Source of the DNA: Thalassobaculaceae bacterium
GTDB taxonomy: Bacteria > Pseudomonadota > Alphaproteobacteria > Thalassobaculales > Thalassobaculaceae
Assembly (NCBI GenBank): GCA_965228875.1
Contig: OZ245843.1
Span: 4,508,616-4,572,615, forward strand
Length of the DNA stretch: 64,000 nt
Direction: 5' to 3'
Shown: one piece after another, positions 1-11,875 of the stretch
Layout: each line of letters starts with the position of its first letter
Position numbering within the stretch: the first letter of the stretch is position 1
The notes under the pieces: generated by a model
What the model saw: the letters and a program-made list of their open reading frames with translations, nothing else
Database searches by the model: none
Told to the model about the DNA's origin: nothing
Program-made: the position numbers and the translations under genes

Positions 1-324
1 GACCTGGTGCTCCGTGACGAACCGGCCCCGGCTTTCGTGAAGATCGACGTGGAAGGGGCGGAGGGCCTGGTGGTCGACGGGGCCCGGCGGCTGATTGCCG
101 GGGAGCGAACCCGGTTCCTGGTCGAGATCCATCCCGACCTGCTGGAAACCTTCGCCACCACTCAGGCGCAGATTCTCCAGGCGTTTCCGGCCGACCGCTG
201 GCGCGCGCGCCTGCTGCGCGAGGACGGCAGCACCGACGACGTCGCGCCCGAGGACTACGCCCGCGAGGCGGTACGCGCCGACAACTACATGATCGTCTTC
301 GAGCCTCTGGCCCTGACGGCGTGA
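1..324 (+). CDS. FkbM-family methyltransferase, C-terminal part (5' truncated by window)
   Basis: FVKIDVEGAE...VEIH motif typical of FkbM methyltransferases; the frame is open from base 1. Confidence 0.75.
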   Translation, partial: DLVLRDEPAPAFVKIDVEGAEGLVVDGARRLIAGERTRFLVEIHPDLLETFATTQAQILQAFPADRWRARLLREDGSTDDVAPEDYAREAVRADNYMIVFEPLALTA

Positions 325-349
325 GGGCGTGCGGGTTGATGGAGGATCG

Positions 350-378
350 TTGACAGCGGGGACGGCAGCTTATATACA
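350..378 (+). promoter_or_regulatory. Putative sigma70 promoter of the rpmH operon
   Basis: TTGACA (350-355), 17-nt spacer, TATACA (373-378), upstream of rpmH. Confidence 0.6.
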
Positions 379-427
379 CCCGCGCTCTCTATTCGAGCAG
401 CAACAGTCGACGTGACGGAGGCTTCCC

Positions 428-562
428 GTGAAGCGCACTTATCAACCGAGCGTTCTCGTCCGCAAGCGCCGCCACGGCTTTCGCTCCCGCATGGCCACGG
501 TCGGCGGTCGCCGGGTGATCCGAGCCCGTCGGGCGAAGGGCCGCAAGCGCCTGTCCGCGTAG
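428..562 (+). CDS. rpmH: 50S ribosomal protein L34
   Basis: Manually translated, not in the ORF track: GTG start, [52 protein letters not shown] upstream. Confidence 0.97.
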   Translation: MKRTYQPSVLVRKRRHGFRSRMATVGGRRVIRARRAKGRKRLSA

Positions 563-605
563 GGTCGCGCCGCGACCGACGCCATCCGGGCCGGAGGGTG
601 ACCGC

Positions 606-965
606 ATGCGCGCGTCCGGCTCCGCAAAGCTAGACATCCTGCCCGCCAGGAAGGATTTCCTGGCCGCCGCGCGTGCGCGAAAGGCGGTGATGCCGGGTCT
701 TGTCCTGCAGATGCGCCGGCGCGCCGAGGCGGACGGCCCGGCCCGGGTCGGCTACACCGCCAGCCGCAAGGTCGGCAACGCCGTCATCCGCAATCGGGCC
801 CGCCGCCGTCTACGCGCCGCGGTCAACGACGTTCTGGCCGGACGCGCGGCGCCGGGCCACGACTACGTGCTGATCGCCCGGGCTGCGACCGCCGGTCGCC
901 CTTACGACGCCCTGCTGAACGACTTATCTGTCGCCCTCGACCGTATCGAGAAGAAGAGCAGGTGA
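606..965 (+). CDS. rnpA: Ribonuclease P protein component
   Basis: [27 protein letters not shown] motif; follows rpmH. Confidence 0.95.
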   Translation: MRASGSAKLDILPARKDFLAAARARKAVMPGLVLQMRRRAEADGPARVGYTASRKVGNAVIRNRARRRLRAAVNDVLAGRAAPGHDYVLIARAATAGRPYDALLNDLSVALDRIEKKSR

Positions 966-1288
966 TGGCACAGGCCCCGGTCCGGTGGATGGTTCGATGC
1001 GTCGTCCTGGCGCCGATCCACCTGTATCGCTACCTGCTTGCCCCGTTTTTCGCCGGTAGCTGCCGCTACGCCCCGAGCTGCTCGGCCTATGCCGTGGAGG
1101 CGATTGGGACACACGGGGTCTTGCGTGGCGGCGCCCTAGCCCTTAGACGCATCGCCAGATGTAATCCGTGGGGAGGATCGGGTGTCGACCCGGTGCCGCC
1201 GCTCGCCGCGAGCGACCCCCGCACCATGACAGCCTATCCGGTCCGACCGGATGCGGCTCCTGCCAGCACCGACGGAAGCGTGCGATGA
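965..1288 (+). CDS. yidD: Membrane protein insertion efficiency factor YidD
   Basis: [10 protein letters not shown]...[17 protein letters not shown]; lies between rnpA and yidC. Confidence 0.93.
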   Translation: MAQAPVRWMVRCVVLAPIHLYRYLLAPFFAGSCRYAPSCSAYAVEAIGTHGVLRGGALALRRIARCNPWGGSGVDPVPPLAASDPRTMTAYPVRPDAAPASTDGSVR

Positions 1289-3033
1289 GCGACCAGAAGA
1301 ACATGATCCTCGCGATCGCCCTGTCCGTGGTGATCCTGATCGGCTTTCAATTCTTCGCCGCCGAGTTCGGTCTGACGCCGACACCGCCGGCGCCGCAGCC
1401 GCAGCAGCAGGCCGCCGGTCAGTCCGATGCGACCAGCACGGCGCCGGTGCCGCCCTCGGACAGTGCGTCGCCCACCCAGCTTCCGGCGATCGCCGCCGGC
1501 GGCCAGATCGACCGGGAGGCCGCCCTGGCGGCCACACCGCGGATCCAGATCCGCACGCCGACCATCGACGGCTCGATTTCGCTCGTGGGCGCGCGCATCG
1601 ACGATGTGGTGCTGACGCAGTACCGCGAGACCCTGGACCCGGCGAGCGACAACATCCACCTGCTGGAACCGACGAACTACGTCCGGCCCTACTACGCCGA
1701 GTTCGGCTGGGTGGCCGCGCCCGGCACCGAGATCGAGCTGCCCGGTCCGAAGACCGTCTGGCAGACCGACGGGACCGAACTGACCCCGTCCTCGCCGGTG
1801 ACCCTGACCTGGACCAGCGGCCAGGGCCTGACGTTCACGCGGACCATCGCGATCGACGACGGCTACATGTTCACCGTCTCCGACACCGTCGCAAACGACG
1901 GATCCGAGGCGCGGGAGCTGTTCCCCTACGGCCTGTTGAGCCGTGGCGGCACGCCGGAGACGACCGGGTTCTACATTCTGCACGAGGGTCCGCTCGGCGT
2001 TTTCGACCAGACGCTGACCGAGGTGGACTACAGCGATCTCGCCGAAGACGGCGGCCAGGAGGCGAGGTCCGTCGGCGGCTGGGTCGGCATCACCGACAAG
2101 TACTGGCTGGCCGCCCTGGTTCCCGATCAGGCGGCGGACTGGTCCTATAACTTCCGTCACTCCATCCGTAACCAGGACGACCGCTACCAGGTCGACTACC
2201 TGGGCGCAGCGGCCGCGGTGCCGCCGGGCGGCGAGGCGGCGTCGACGACGCATTTCTTCGCCGGCGCCAAGCGGCTGACGCTGCTCGATCGCTACGAGGA
2301 GGAACTCGGCGTCTCGAATTTCGACCTGGCGATCGATTTCGGCTGGTTCTACTTCCTGACCAAGCCGTTCTTCCTCGCCCTGACCTGGCTGCACGGGATC
2401 ATGGGCAATTTCGGCCTCGCCATCCTGGCTCTGACCGTGGTCATCAAGCTGGTCTTCTTCCCGCTCGCCAACAAGTCGTACCGCTCGATGGCGAAGATGA
2501 AGGAACTGACGCCGAAGCTGCAGGAAATGCGGGAGAAGTACGGCGACGATCGCCAGCGCCTGAACGAGGAGATGATGGCGCTGTACAAGCGGGAGAAGGT
2601 CAACCCGGCCGCCGGCTGCCTGCCGATCCTGATCCAGATTCCGGTCTTCTTCGCCCTCTACAAGGTCCTGTTCGTCAGCATCGAGATGCGCCACGCGCCG
2701 TTCTATGGCTGGATTCAGGATCTCTCCGCTCCGGACCCGACCACCATCTTCAACCTGTTCGGCGTGATCCCCTGGGACCCGCCGCAGATGCTGATGATCG
2801 GCGCCTGGCCCATCATCATGGGCGCCACCATGTTCCTGCAGCAGAAGCTGAACCCGCAGCCGGCCGACCCCGTGCAGGCCAAGGTGTTCATGTTCCTGCC
2901 GCTGCTGTTCACCTTCCTGCTGTCCAGTTTCGCGGCCGGGTTGGTCATCTACTGGACATGGAACAACCTGCTGTCGATCCTGCAGCAGTGGGTCATCATG
3001 CGCCGCATGGGCGTCAAGAACGCTCTGGCGTGA
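1285..3033 (+). CDS. yidC: Membrane protein insertase YidC
   Basis: [15 protein letters not shown]-terminal [43 protein letters not shown] overlap with yidD. Confidence 0.97.
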   Translation: MSDQKNMILAIALSVVILIGFQFFAAEFGLTPTPPAPQPQQQAAGQSDATSTAPVPPSDSASPTQLPAIAAGGQIDREAALAATPRIQIRTPTIDGSISLVGARIDDVVLTQYRETLDPASDNIHLLEPTNYVRPYYAEFGWVAAPGTEIELPGPKTVWQTDGTELTPSSPVTLTWTSGQGLTFTRTIAIDDGYMFTVSDTVANDGSEARELFPYGLLSRGGTPETTGFYILHEGPLGVFDQTLTEVDYSDLAEDGGQEARSVGGWVGITDKYWLAALVPDQAADWSYNFRHSIRNQDDRYQVDYLGAAAAVPPGGEAASTTHFFAGAKRLTLLDRYEEELGVSNFDLAIDFGWFYFLTKPFFLALTWLHGIMGNFGLAILALTVVIKLVFFPLANKSYRSMAKMKELTPKLQEMREKYGDDRQRLNEEMMALYKREKVNPAAGCLPILIQIPVFFALYKVLFVSIEMRHAPFYGWIQDLSAPDPTTIFNLFGVIPWDPPQMLMIGAWPIIMGATMFLQQKLNPQPADPVQAKVFMFLPLLFTFLLSSFAAGLVIYWTWNNLLSILQQWVIMRRMGVKNALA

Positions 3034-3046
3034 CCGGCGGCGATCG

Positions 3047-3697
3047 GTGAGCGACGCGATCGATACCCCGGACCCGACGGAGCTGGAAGCGGCGCGCGTC
3101 CTGTTCGCCCAGGAGTGCCGGTTCGTCGCCGCCTCCGCGACGGTTCCGCAGCTGCCGGCGGAAACCCTGCCCGAGGTCGCCTTCGCCGGCCGTTCCAATG
3201 TCGGCAAGTCGAGCCTGGTGAACGCCCTGACGGGACGCCGGACCCTGGCCCGGACCTCGAACACGCCCGGGCGGACCCAGGAGGTGATCTTCTTCGACCT
3301 CGGCGGGCGCATGATGCTGGTCGACCTGCCGGGCTACGGCTACGCCAAGGTGTCCAAGGCCAAGCAGGCGATCTGGACGGAGACCCTGTTCGCCTATCTG
3401 CGCGGACGCACCACCCTGCAGCGCGTCTCGCTCCTCATCGACGGCCGCCACGGCCTGAAGGACGGCGACGCGGTGGCCATGGACCTGCTGGACAAGGCGG
3501 CGCTGTCCTACCAGGTGGTCCTGACCAAGACGGACAAGGTGAAGCCGCCGGCACTGGCCGCGATGATGGAGGCAACCGCCGCCGCGCTGTCGCGCCGCCC
3601 CGCCGCCCATCCGGTGGTGATGGCGACCAGCAGCGAGACAGGCGTCGGCATCGCCGAACTGCGTGCCGAACTGGCCCGCTTCGCCAACCCGGCCTGA
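3047..3697 (+). CDS. engB: Ribosome biogenesis GTPase YihA/EngB
   Basis: GRSNVGKSS, TPGRT, DLPGYG, TKTDK G-motifs. Confidence 0.95.
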   Translation: MSDAIDTPDPTELEAARVLFAQECRFVAASATVPQLPAETLPEVAFAGRSNVGKSSLVNALTGRRTLARTSNTPGRTQEVIFFDLGGRMMLVDLPGYGYAKVSKAKQAIWTETLFAYLRGRTTLQRVSLLIDGRHGLKDGDAVAMDLLDKAALSYQVVLTKTDKVKPPALAAMMEATAAALSRRPAAHPVVMATSSETGVGIAELRAELARFANPA

Positions 3698-3712
3698 ACC
3701 GACAGCCTTCCG

Positions 3713-4849
3713 TCAGGCGGGCGACAGCGGTGCCGGGTCCTGGCCCTGGTCCTGGCCGGTGTTTGCCAGGTAGGCCCTGTTGCGCTTGCGGATCTCCGCC
3801 GCGGCATCGTCATAGAGGAACGGCAGGAAGGCGTAGCGCCGACCGCGGGTCACGGGTTTCACCTCGTGCAGCAGAGAGCACGAGAAGATGACGGCGCTGC
3901 CGCTCGACGCCTTGTAGGTCAGCGGTCCGTATTCCGGGAACCAGATCTCCCCGCCCTCGTAGTCCTCGGCGTTCAGGTTGATGCTGACGGCGAAGCGCCG
4001 ATGGGCGGTTCCGAGCTGCGTGTTGTCCCGGTGCATGCTGAAGAAGCCCTTGTCGCGCTCGTCGTAGCAGCCGATCACGAAGCGCTCGATCCGGCTGGCG
4101 TCGAAGGAGAAGGCCTTGCGGATCTCCGGGACGACCCGGGCGAACAGGTGTCGCTGGATGCGGCCGCGCAGACGGTCGTCGTGGATCCAGCAGTCCTGGC
4201 GGCGTTTCATGCGTGGATTGTCGATGGCCCGCGTCAACCCGCCTTCGTCCCGCATGAAGCCGCTCGGCACGCCGCCATTGGCCTCGTAGAGCGCCATCAG
4301 CTCGCCGCAGAACGCCCGGTCGAACACTTCCGGCACAATCAGGATCGGCGCCTGGAGGCTCATCGCCGTCGGTGCCGGTGCCGGCGGCAGCGCGGTCACG
4401 GCCCGCTCCACACGGTCGGCGAAGCTGTCGAGCGGGGTCGCCGGTATCAGCGTGTCCAGACGGAGATTCCGGCGGACGGTCATCGCCGCCACGGCGAGGG
4501 GAGCCGTCCCGCCGTTCGCCGGCTCGGGGCCGACCATGGAGAATTGACGGTGGATCCTCCGTTCGTAGTCCCAGAACACCACATAGCGGTCGATCAGCGG
4601 CTGCAGCCGGCCCTCCGCCCGGTCGCGGGGATCGGCGGAGACCACGAAGCAGAACAGGTTGTGGCGCTTGAGCATCGGCTGCATAGCCGCCAGCGTCTCG
4701 ACCATCCGGGCCCCGAGGTCCGATCCGGCGCTCCCGAGGAAGACCAGCAGGTGGTCGACACCGCCGAGGGAATCGTAGTCGAACCTCTCTCCATGGCTGG
4801 AGGCGGTGGAGAACGTCGGCAAAAAATCGCCACGCTCGATCGCGGGCAT
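3713..4849 (-). CDS. Redoxin-like domain fused to a 2OG-Fe(II) oxygenase
   Basis: N-terminal AhpC/TSA-like region (GDFLPTFS...FVVSAD); C-terminal HRD...LLHEVKPVTRGRRYAFLPF; start chosen at MPAIERG. Confidence 0.8.
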   Translation of the reverse strand: MPAIERGDFLPTFSTASSHGERFDYDSLGGVDHLLVFLGSAGSDLGARMVETLAAMQPMLKRHNLFCFVVSADPRDRAEGRLQPLIDRYVVFWDYERRIHRQFSMVGPEPANGGTAPLAVAAMTVRRNLRLDTLIPATPLDSFADRVERAVTALPPAPAPTAMSLQAPILIVPEVFDRAFCGELMALYEANGGVPSGFMRDEGGLTRAIDNPRMKRRQDCWIHDDRLRGRIQRHLFARVVPEIRKAFSFDASRIERFVIGCYDERDKGFFSMHRDNTQLGTAHRRFAVSINLNAEDYEGGEIWFPEYGPLTYKASSGSAVIFSCSLLHEVKPVTRGRRYAFLPFLYDDAAAEIRKRNRAYLANTGQDQGQDPAPLSPA

Positions 4850-4930
4850 GGATGCGGCTCCGGGCTGGTCGTTGCGGCGCTGGTTCCCGATAGATGTCAG
4901 TCGGATCCGGGCGCGGTTCAAGGGGGATCT

Positions 4931-4959
4931 TTGCGCCCGCCGCGCGGCCGCTCTATAAC
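4931..4959 (+). promoter_or_regulatory. Putative sigma70 promoter of argB
   Basis: TTGCGC, 17-nt spacer, TATAAC. Confidence 0.5.
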
Positions 4960-4994
4960 CGCAGGCCAGTTGACGAACGGAGGGGACCAGGGCG

Positions 4995-5906
4995 ATGAAC
5001 TCAAAGCCGATCGACCTCAAGCGGCGGGCCGAATGGCTGTCGAAGGCGGGCATCCTGACCGAGGCGCTCCCCTATATGCGCCGCTACTCCGGCAAGACCG
5101 TCGTCATCAAGTATGGCGGGCACGCCATGGGGGACGACGATCTGGCGCTGAAGTTCGCGGCCGACATGGTGCTGCTCCAGCAGGTGGGCATGAATCCGGT
5201 CGTGGTCCACGGCGGCGGGCCGCAGATCGGTCGGATGCTCGAGCGCCTCGCGATCAAGAGCGAATTCGTCGACGGTCTTCGGGTGACCGACCAGGCGACG
5301 GTCGAGATCGTCGAGATGGTACTGTCCGGCGCGATCAACAAAGGCATCGTCGCCGCCATCAATCAGGCCGGCGGCCGCGCCATCGGACTGTCCGGCAAGG
5401 ATGGCGGCCTGATCCGGGCCGACAAGCTGCGCCGCACCAAGGTCGACCCGGACAGCAACATCGAGAAGGTTCTGGATCTGGGCTTCGTCGGCGAGCCGAC
5501 GACGGTCGACGGCTCGCTGCTGAGGTCGCTGGTCTCGCAGGATCTGATCCCCGTGGTGGCACCGATCGGTCTCGGCCCGCAGGGGGAGACCTTCAACATC
5601 AACGCCGATACCGCCGCCGGCGCCGTCGCCGCGGCGGTCGACGCCAGTCGTTTCCTCCTGCTGACCGATGTCGAGGGCGTCCTCGACAAGGACCGGAGGC
5701 TCATCCCGGAACTGACGGTCGGCGAGGCCCGCGGACTGATCGCCGACGGCACCATCTCCGGCGGTATGATTCCCAAGATCGAGACCTGCATGGCGGCGGT
5801 CGAAGGCGGGGCGGAAGGCGCGGTCATCATCGACGGCCGGGTGCAGCACGGCGTGCTTCTGGAGCTGTTCACCAGCCACGGCATGGGAACCTGGATCCGC
5901 GGCTGA
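4995..5906 (+). CDS. argB: Acetylglutamate kinase
   Basis: [38 protein letters not shown]. Confidence 0.97.
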   Translation: MNSKPIDLKRRAEWLSKAGILTEALPYMRRYSGKTVVIKYGGHAMGDDDLALKFAADMVLLQQVGMNPVVVHGGGPQIGRMLERLAIKSEFVDGLRVTDQATVEIVEMVLSGAINKGIVAAINQAGGRAIGLSGKDGGLIRADKLRRTKVDPDSNIEKVLDLGFVGEPTTVDGSLLRSLVSQDLIPVVAPIGLGPQGETFNINADTAAGAVAAAVDASRFLLLTDVEGVLDKDRRLIPELTVGEARGLIADGTISGGMIPKIETCMAAVEGGAEGAVIIDGRVQHGVLLELFTSHGMGTWIRG

Positions 5907-5946
5907 CGGGACCGGCCGCTGGGGTGGCGCGGCAGGCGCGGGAGAC

Positions 5947-7188
5947 CTACGCGCCTTCGCTGCCGTCGAACATGCCGAGCTGCCAGACCATGTCGTCTTC
6001 CGACAGCGGGTAGGTATCGCGGACCGCCCGGAGCATGTCGCGGTCGGAGATGTAGGCGAGGCGCAGCTGAAGCTGCTCGGCGAACGCCATGCTGAGACCG
6101 GCCTTCCACGACAGCGCGGTCACGGCCTTGGCGCTGCCCGAGTTCAGGATCGAGTGTACGGTCGGGTCCTTGTAGCCCGTCCGCACGGCGATCGCCGAGA
6201 TGACCTTGGCCCGCCGACCCGAGGCGACCGCCTTGGCCAGTTCCTCCTCCGACAGTCCGCCGCCGGCCGGCTCGGCGGTACCGCCGCCTTCCTCCAGCCG
6301 CTGCGCCATCACCGCCTGAAGATGTCGGGACGTGGCGGCATCCAGGTCGGAACGTTTCGAGAGCTGTTCGACCAGGGCGCTGGCGACGAACTCCGACAGC
6401 CGGCCGATCTGACGGCCCGCCAGTTTCGGCCGGGCGACCAGCGGGGCGTGCCAGTCGGGCTTGGCGGGCGCATCCTCGATCAGCCGGTCCAGGGTCTCCT
6501 CGCGGATCTGCGCCGACTCGTTGCCGAGCAGGACGGCGATCGCCGCGTCGTCGCCGCTGGAGGCGATGGCATCGGTTACCGTCGACGACACGCCGCGGCG
6601 GCGCGAGATCGCGCTGACCGAACCGGCGTTGCCGGGGGCCTGGATGATGTCCACCAGGACGTCGTCGCTGAGCAGGCTCGAATGCTCCAGCACCGGGCCG
6701 GCGACCTCGATCGCGGTGTCGCGGGCGAGCACCTCGATCACGCCGCTGATGACCTCGGGCGGGGCGCTGTCGACGTCCTTGATCGACTCCGCCAGCCGGG
6801 CGCGGACCTTGGCCGCCGTATCGAGGGCCAGGGCCTCGAGAACCCCGATCGTCAGCGTCCGCTGCTGGCCGCGGCGCTCGTCGATCACGTCGGGAGCCAG
6901 GACGCCGATCTTCTCCGCCACGGCGCCGCGCACGCCATCGTCCTCATCCTGGGCCAGGAAGTCGTCGGCCTGGCGCGGGGTGTTCACGTTGGCGGCGACG
7001 ACCCGGCGTACCGTGGCGTCGACATCCTCGGCCAGAAAGAACAGCAGCTCCGGCGGAACGTCGTTCCGACCGGCCAGCGCGCAACGCTCGGTCACGCTGC
7101 CGTTGCGGGCGATCTGCATCGCCTGCGCCAGTGTCTGCTGGTTGGTCGACTGGTCGGCCGCGCGGCGGCGCGGTGTCGGTTTGCTCAC
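5947..7188 (-). CDS. DUF2336-family (HEAT-like) protein
   Basis: LARDTAIEVAGPVLEHSSLLSDDVL and LLGNESAQI patterns typical of alphaproteobacterial DUF2336. Confidence 0.75.
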   Translation of the reverse strand: MSKPTPRRRAADQSTNQQTLAQAMQIARNGSVTERCALAGRNDVPPELLFFLAEDVDATVRRVVAANVNTPRQADDFLAQDEDDGVRGAVAEKIGVLAPDVIDERRGQQRTLTIGVLEALALDTAAKVRARLAESIKDVDSAPPEVISGVIEVLARDTAIEVAGPVLEHSSLLSDDVLVDIIQAPGNAGSVSAISRRRGVSSTVTDAIASSGDDAAIAVLLGNESAQIREETLDRLIEDAPAKPDWHAPLVARPKLAGRQIGRLSEFVASALVEQLSKRSDLDAATSRHLQAVMAQRLEEGGGTAEPAGGGLSEEELAKAVASGRRAKVISAIAVRTGYKDPTVHSILNSGSAKAVTALSWKAGLSMAFAEQLQLRLAYISDRDMLRAVRDTYPLSEDDMVWQLGMFDGSEGA

Positions 7189-7194
7189 GGTTTC

Positions 7195-8895
7195 CTACCC
7201 AGACGGTTTGTCGGCGGAACCGGCGGTGCCGACCGCAGCGGCGATCCGGTACCAGCCTTTCCCACCATGTTTGATTTCGTACATCACCGCATCGGCCCGC
7301 TCAATCAGCTGTTCTCGGGTCTCTCCGGACCCCGGAGCGAAGACCGCCATGCCGATGGACAGGCCGACCGGAAACTCCGGTGCGCCGGAATACTGCAGCA
7401 GTTCTTTGCCGGTCTCCAGGATCCATTCCGCCCGCGCCGGCGCGCCGGCGGTATCGACCCCCTCCAGCCACAGAGCGAACTCGTCGCCGCCGAGCCGGGC
7501 GATCAGGTCGCCCTCCACCGCCTGGCGCTTGAGGATGTCCGACAGGTGGATCAGCGCCTGATCGCCGACCTGGTGGCCCTTGGTGTCGTTGACCTTCTTG
7601 AAGTTGTCGAGATCGACATAGGTCAGCACGCCCGGCGCGCCGCCGTCGTTCGCGAGGCGCCTGGCGATCGCGTCGTCGAAGGCGCGGCGGTTCAGCAGCC
7701 CGGTCATGGCGTCCGTGGTCGACAGCCGCTCGAGGTGCTGGTGGGCGGCGGCCTGGTGCAGGGCGATCCCGAGCTGGTCGGAGAGGTTGGCGATCAGCCG
7801 CCCGTCCTCTTCGTCCCAGTCGGCGGTGTCGCCGGCGCGCCAGAGCATGACCGCGCCGTTGATCTCGTGGTGATGGGAGAGCTGATGGGCGAGTACCGCG
7901 CCCGACTCGTAGGCTTCGATCACCGGTTCCCGGCTTGCGGTGATCGCCTCCCGCATGACCTCGAACACATCGTCGGGAAGCGGCACGCCGACCGCGGCCG
8001 CCAGCGACATGCCCGTTCCGGGCAGGATGCGGTACACCGAGCAGCCGTCGGCATTGCCGCCGCGGAATACCGCCTCGGCGGCGATCGCCAGCATACTGTC
8101 CGGGTCGGTCTCGTCGCGGATCGCCCGCATGATGTGGGCCGTCAGGCGCTGGCGGGCGCCGACGCGGGCCAGTTCCAGATCGCGCTGCCGGTCGGCGGTG
8201 ACGTCCCGGCACACACCCCGCGCGCCGGCCCAGGCGCCGTCGGCGCCGAACAGCGGAGCGGCGGCGGTCTCCAGCCGCGCCTCGCCGCCGTCGGCCCGCC
8301 GGAAGTTGATCTCCACCCCCTGGCGCGGCTCCCGGGTCTGGAACGGGCTGTCGATGGCGACACCCGGCGGCGCGACGAGGAAGCTGTCGGCCCTGCGGCC
8401 GATCAGTTCGTCCGCCTTCCAGCCGAGCCCGCCATGGGGGGTGACGAACGCGAACTTGCCGTCGGCGCCGGTCTCCCAGGCCAGGTCGGCGGAGATCTCC
8501 ACGAGGTCGCGGTAGCGCTGGCGGGAATCGACCAGGGCGGAGCGCAGGTTGCGGTCGACCGACACGTCGCGGCCGATGAGCAGGACCGCGCCGGTATCGT
8601 CGACCGGGAGGGCGGAGAAGCTTGTCGAAACCGCCGCATCGGCCTTCGGCGTGACGATGACCGCGGAGATCCCGCGGGCGGACTCGCGGGCCGCGTCGAT
8701 CAGGGCGGCGATGTCGGGCAGGTCGTGCAGGCGTCGGGCCAGGTCGGCGCCGGCCATGTTGCGGGCGGCGACTCCCCCGTCCGCGTCGATGAGGATCACC
8801 GGGCCGTCCGCCAGGGCAAAGGGACCGGTGGAGACCAGGCGTTTGACCAGAGTCTCGTCCGTCGCTGTGTCGATCGACTCGCCTGGATCGATCAT
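7195..8895 (-). CDS. PAS-GAF-GGDEF diguanylate cyclase
   Basis: PAS (DLAWETGADGKFAFV), GAF, DAMTGLLNRR, DLDNFKKVNDTKGH, RLGGDEF. Confidence 0.92.
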   Translation of the reverse strand: MIDPGESIDTATDETLVKRLVSTGPFALADGPVILIDADGGVAARNMAGADLARRLHDLPDIAALIDAARESARGISAVIVTPKADAAVSTSFSALPVDDTGAVLLIGRDVSVDRNLRSALVDSRQRYRDLVEISADLAWETGADGKFAFVTPHGGLGWKADELIGRRADSFLVAPPGVAIDSPFQTREPRQGVEINFRRADGGEARLETAAAPLFGADGAWAGARGVCRDVTADRQRDLELARVGARQRLTAHIMRAIRDETDPDSMLAIAAEAVFRGGNADGCSVYRILPGTGMSLAAAVGVPLPDDVFEVMREAITASREPVIEAYESGAVLAHQLSHHHEINGAVMLWRAGDTADWDEEDGRLIANLSDQLGIALHQAAAHQHLERLSTTDAMTGLLNRRAFDDAIARRLANDGGAPGVLTYVDLDNFKKVNDTKGHQVGDQALIHLSDILKRQAVEGDLIARLGGDEFALWLEGVDTAGAPARAEWILETGKELLQYSGAPEFPVGLSIGMAVFAPGSGETREQLIERADAVMYEIKHGGKGWYRIAAAVGTAGSADKPSG

Positions 8896-9049
8896 GCCCC
8901 TACCTTATGCGATGATCGCCGGGTCACCGGCCGGTGTCTGACGGTCATGGCAGAGCCGCCGCGATCGGTCCAGTGCATTCGTGGCAGATTTGTTGAAGCA
9001 ACGGCCGCTGGAGCGGCCGGCAATGGGGGGCGACTTGACACGAGAGACC

Positions 9050-9736
9050 ATGGATCCGGACACCATCGATTGCTGGATCTTCGACCTGGACAACACTCTG
9101 TATCCGGCGCGCTCGAACCTGTTCGTCCAGGTGTCCGCCCGCATGACCGAGTTCATCAAGGCGCGGTTCGACCTGGACCACGAGCCGGCCCGCGAACTGC
9201 AGCGCGACCTGTTCCGCCGTCACGGAACCACCCTGCGTGGGCTGATGTCGGAACACGGCGTCGACCCCCACCCGTTCCTGGACTTTGTGCACGACATCGA
9301 CGTCAGCGTCATCGATCCGGCCCCGGAACTCGACCGACTGCTCTCCCGGCTGCCGGGGCGCAAGGTGATCTACACCAACGGCTCGGTCGGCCATTTCGAG
9401 CGCGTCGCCGGTCGTCTCGGCGTCGACCATCACTTCGAGCATGTGTTCGACATCGTCGCCTCGGATTTCACGCCGAAGCCGGATCCGGTTCCGTACGACC
9501 GGCTGGTCGATCTGCTGGCGCTGGAACCGGCGCGTTCGGCGATGGTCGAGGACATGGCGAAGAACCTGAAGCCCGCCGCCGATCTCGGCATGACCACAGT
9601 CTGGCTGAAGAGCGATTACGACTGGGCGACCGACGGTGCCGACCAACCCCATGTCCACCACGTGGCCGAGGACGTGGTCAGCTTCCTCGGATCCGTGCTC
9701 GACGGGCAGGACGGCGGTGGCGCCGCGCCGCGTTGA
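9050..9736 (+). CDS. Pyrimidine 5'-nucleotidase (HAD superfamily)
   Basis: WIFDLDNTLY, HGTTLRGL, PKP, MVEDMAKNL; usual neighbour of dapD. Confidence 0.88.
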   Translation: MDPDTIDCWIFDLDNTLYPARSNLFVQVSARMTEFIKARFDLDHEPARELQRDLFRRHGTTLRGLMSEHGVDPHPFLDFVHDIDVSVIDPAPELDRLLSRLPGRKVIYTNGSVGHFERVAGRLGVDHHFEHVFDIVASDFTPKPDPVPYDRLVDLLALEPARSAMVEDMAKNLKPAADLGMTTVWLKSDYDWATDGADQPHVHHVAEDVVSFLGSVLDGQDGGGAAPR

Positions 9737-9761
9737 CAGTCATCCGACCCGCCTCCATTGT
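9733..9761 (+). promoter_or_regulatory. Putative sigma70 promoter of dapD
   Basis: TTGACA, 17-nt spacer, CATTGT, overlapping the upstream stop codon. Confidence 0.4.
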
Positions 9762-9806
9762 GCCGCGACCTGAGGAAACCCGACCTTTCGACAAGAGCCG
9801 AGACCC

Positions 9807-10667
<861 letters not shown>

Positions 10668-10674
10668 GAGCAAG

Positions 10675-11871
10675 GTGAGCGAGATGTCGGCATCCCCCCA
10701 GGCCGGCGCGCGGACATCCGGCGAGGACTCTCGTCTAGACCCTGTGGACGTTGCCGCCCGGCTGATCCGCTGCCCGAGCGTGACGCCGGAGGACGGTGGC
10801 GCGCTCGACCTGCTGCAGTCGCTGCTGGAGCCGATGGGCTTCGTCTGCCACCGCCTGCGGTTCGAGGCGGAGGGGACGGATCCGATCGACAACCTCTACG
10901 CCCGGCGCGGCGGCGATGGCCCGCATCTCTGCTTCGCCGGCCACACCGACGTGGTCCCGGTCGGCGACGCGGCCGCCTGGAGCCGGGGGCCGTTCGACGG
11001 AACCGTTGCCGAGGAACGTCTCTGGGGGCGTGGTGCCGCCGACATGAAGGGGGGCATCGCCGCCTTCGTCGCCGCGGTCGACCGCCATCTGGCGGGTGGC
11101 GGCGGTGCGGGCTCGATCAGCCTCCTCATCACCGGCGACGAGGAGGGTCCCGCCGTCAACGGCACCACCAGGGTGCTGGACTGGATGGAGGCCAACGGCG
11201 AGATCCCCGACATGTGCATCGTTGGCGAGCCGACCAATCCGAACGCCATGGGCGACATGATGAAGATCGGTCGGCGCGGCAGCTTCACCGGCCGACTTGT
11301 CGTGCGCGGAACCCAGGGCCACGTCGCCTATCCGCATCTGGCGGACAACCCGGTGAACGGACTGCTCCGTCTGCTGGAGCCGTTCGCGCACGGGACGCTG
11401 GACGAGGGGACGGCGCACTTCCCGCCGACCACCCTGTCGGTGACGACGGTCGATGTCGGCAATCCGGCGACCAACGTGATCCCGGCCGAAGCGCGGGCGA
11501 CCTTCAACGTCCGTTTCAACGACGCCCACAGCTCGGCCTCGCTGGAAAAGATGTTCCGCGACAGCTTCGATCAGAAGGGTGTGCGCTACGACCTGGAGAC
11601 CGAGTGCTCGGGCGAGAGTTTCGTGACCGAACCGGGCGCGCTCTCCGAGCTCGTGTCGGACGCGGTGGCCGAGGTGACCGGTCGTCGGCCGGAACTGAGT
11701 ACCACCGGCGGAACCTCCGACGCGCGCTTCATCAAGCGGCTCTGCCCGGTGGTGGAGTTCGGGCTGGTCGGCCAGACGATGCACAAGGTCGACGAGAACG
11801 TCGCGGTCGCCGATGTCCGGGCGTTGACCGACATCTACGCGGCCATTCTCGACCGCGCGCTCGGCGGCTAG
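10675..11871 (+). CDS. dapE: Succinyl-diaminopimelate desuccinylase
   Basis: [45 protein letters not shown]. Confidence 0.96.
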   Translation: MSEMSASPQAGARTSGEDSRLDPVDVAARLIRCPSVTPEDGGALDLLQSLLEPMGFVCHRLRFEAEGTDPIDNLYARRGGDGPHLCFAGHTDVVPVGDAAAWSRGPFDGTVAEERLWGRGAADMKGGIAAFVAAVDRHLAGGGGAGSISLLITGDEEGPAVNGTTRVLDWMEANGEIPDMCIVGEPTNPNAMGDMMKIGRRGSFTGRLVVRGTQGHVAYPHLADNPVNGLLRLLEPFAHGTLDEGTAHFPPTTLSVTTVDVGNPATNVIPAEARATFNVRFNDAHSSASLEKMFRDSFDQKGVRYDLETECSGESFVTEPGALSELVSDAVAEVTGRRPELSTTGGTSDARFIKRLCPVVEFGLVGQTMHKVDENVAVADVRALTDIYAAILDRALGG

Positions 11872-11875
11872 GGCC

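Noticed and set aside
325..427. oriC next to rpmH
   Set aside because: No dnaA gene, no DnaA-box cluster and no AT-rich unwinding region; the gap is only about 100 nt.
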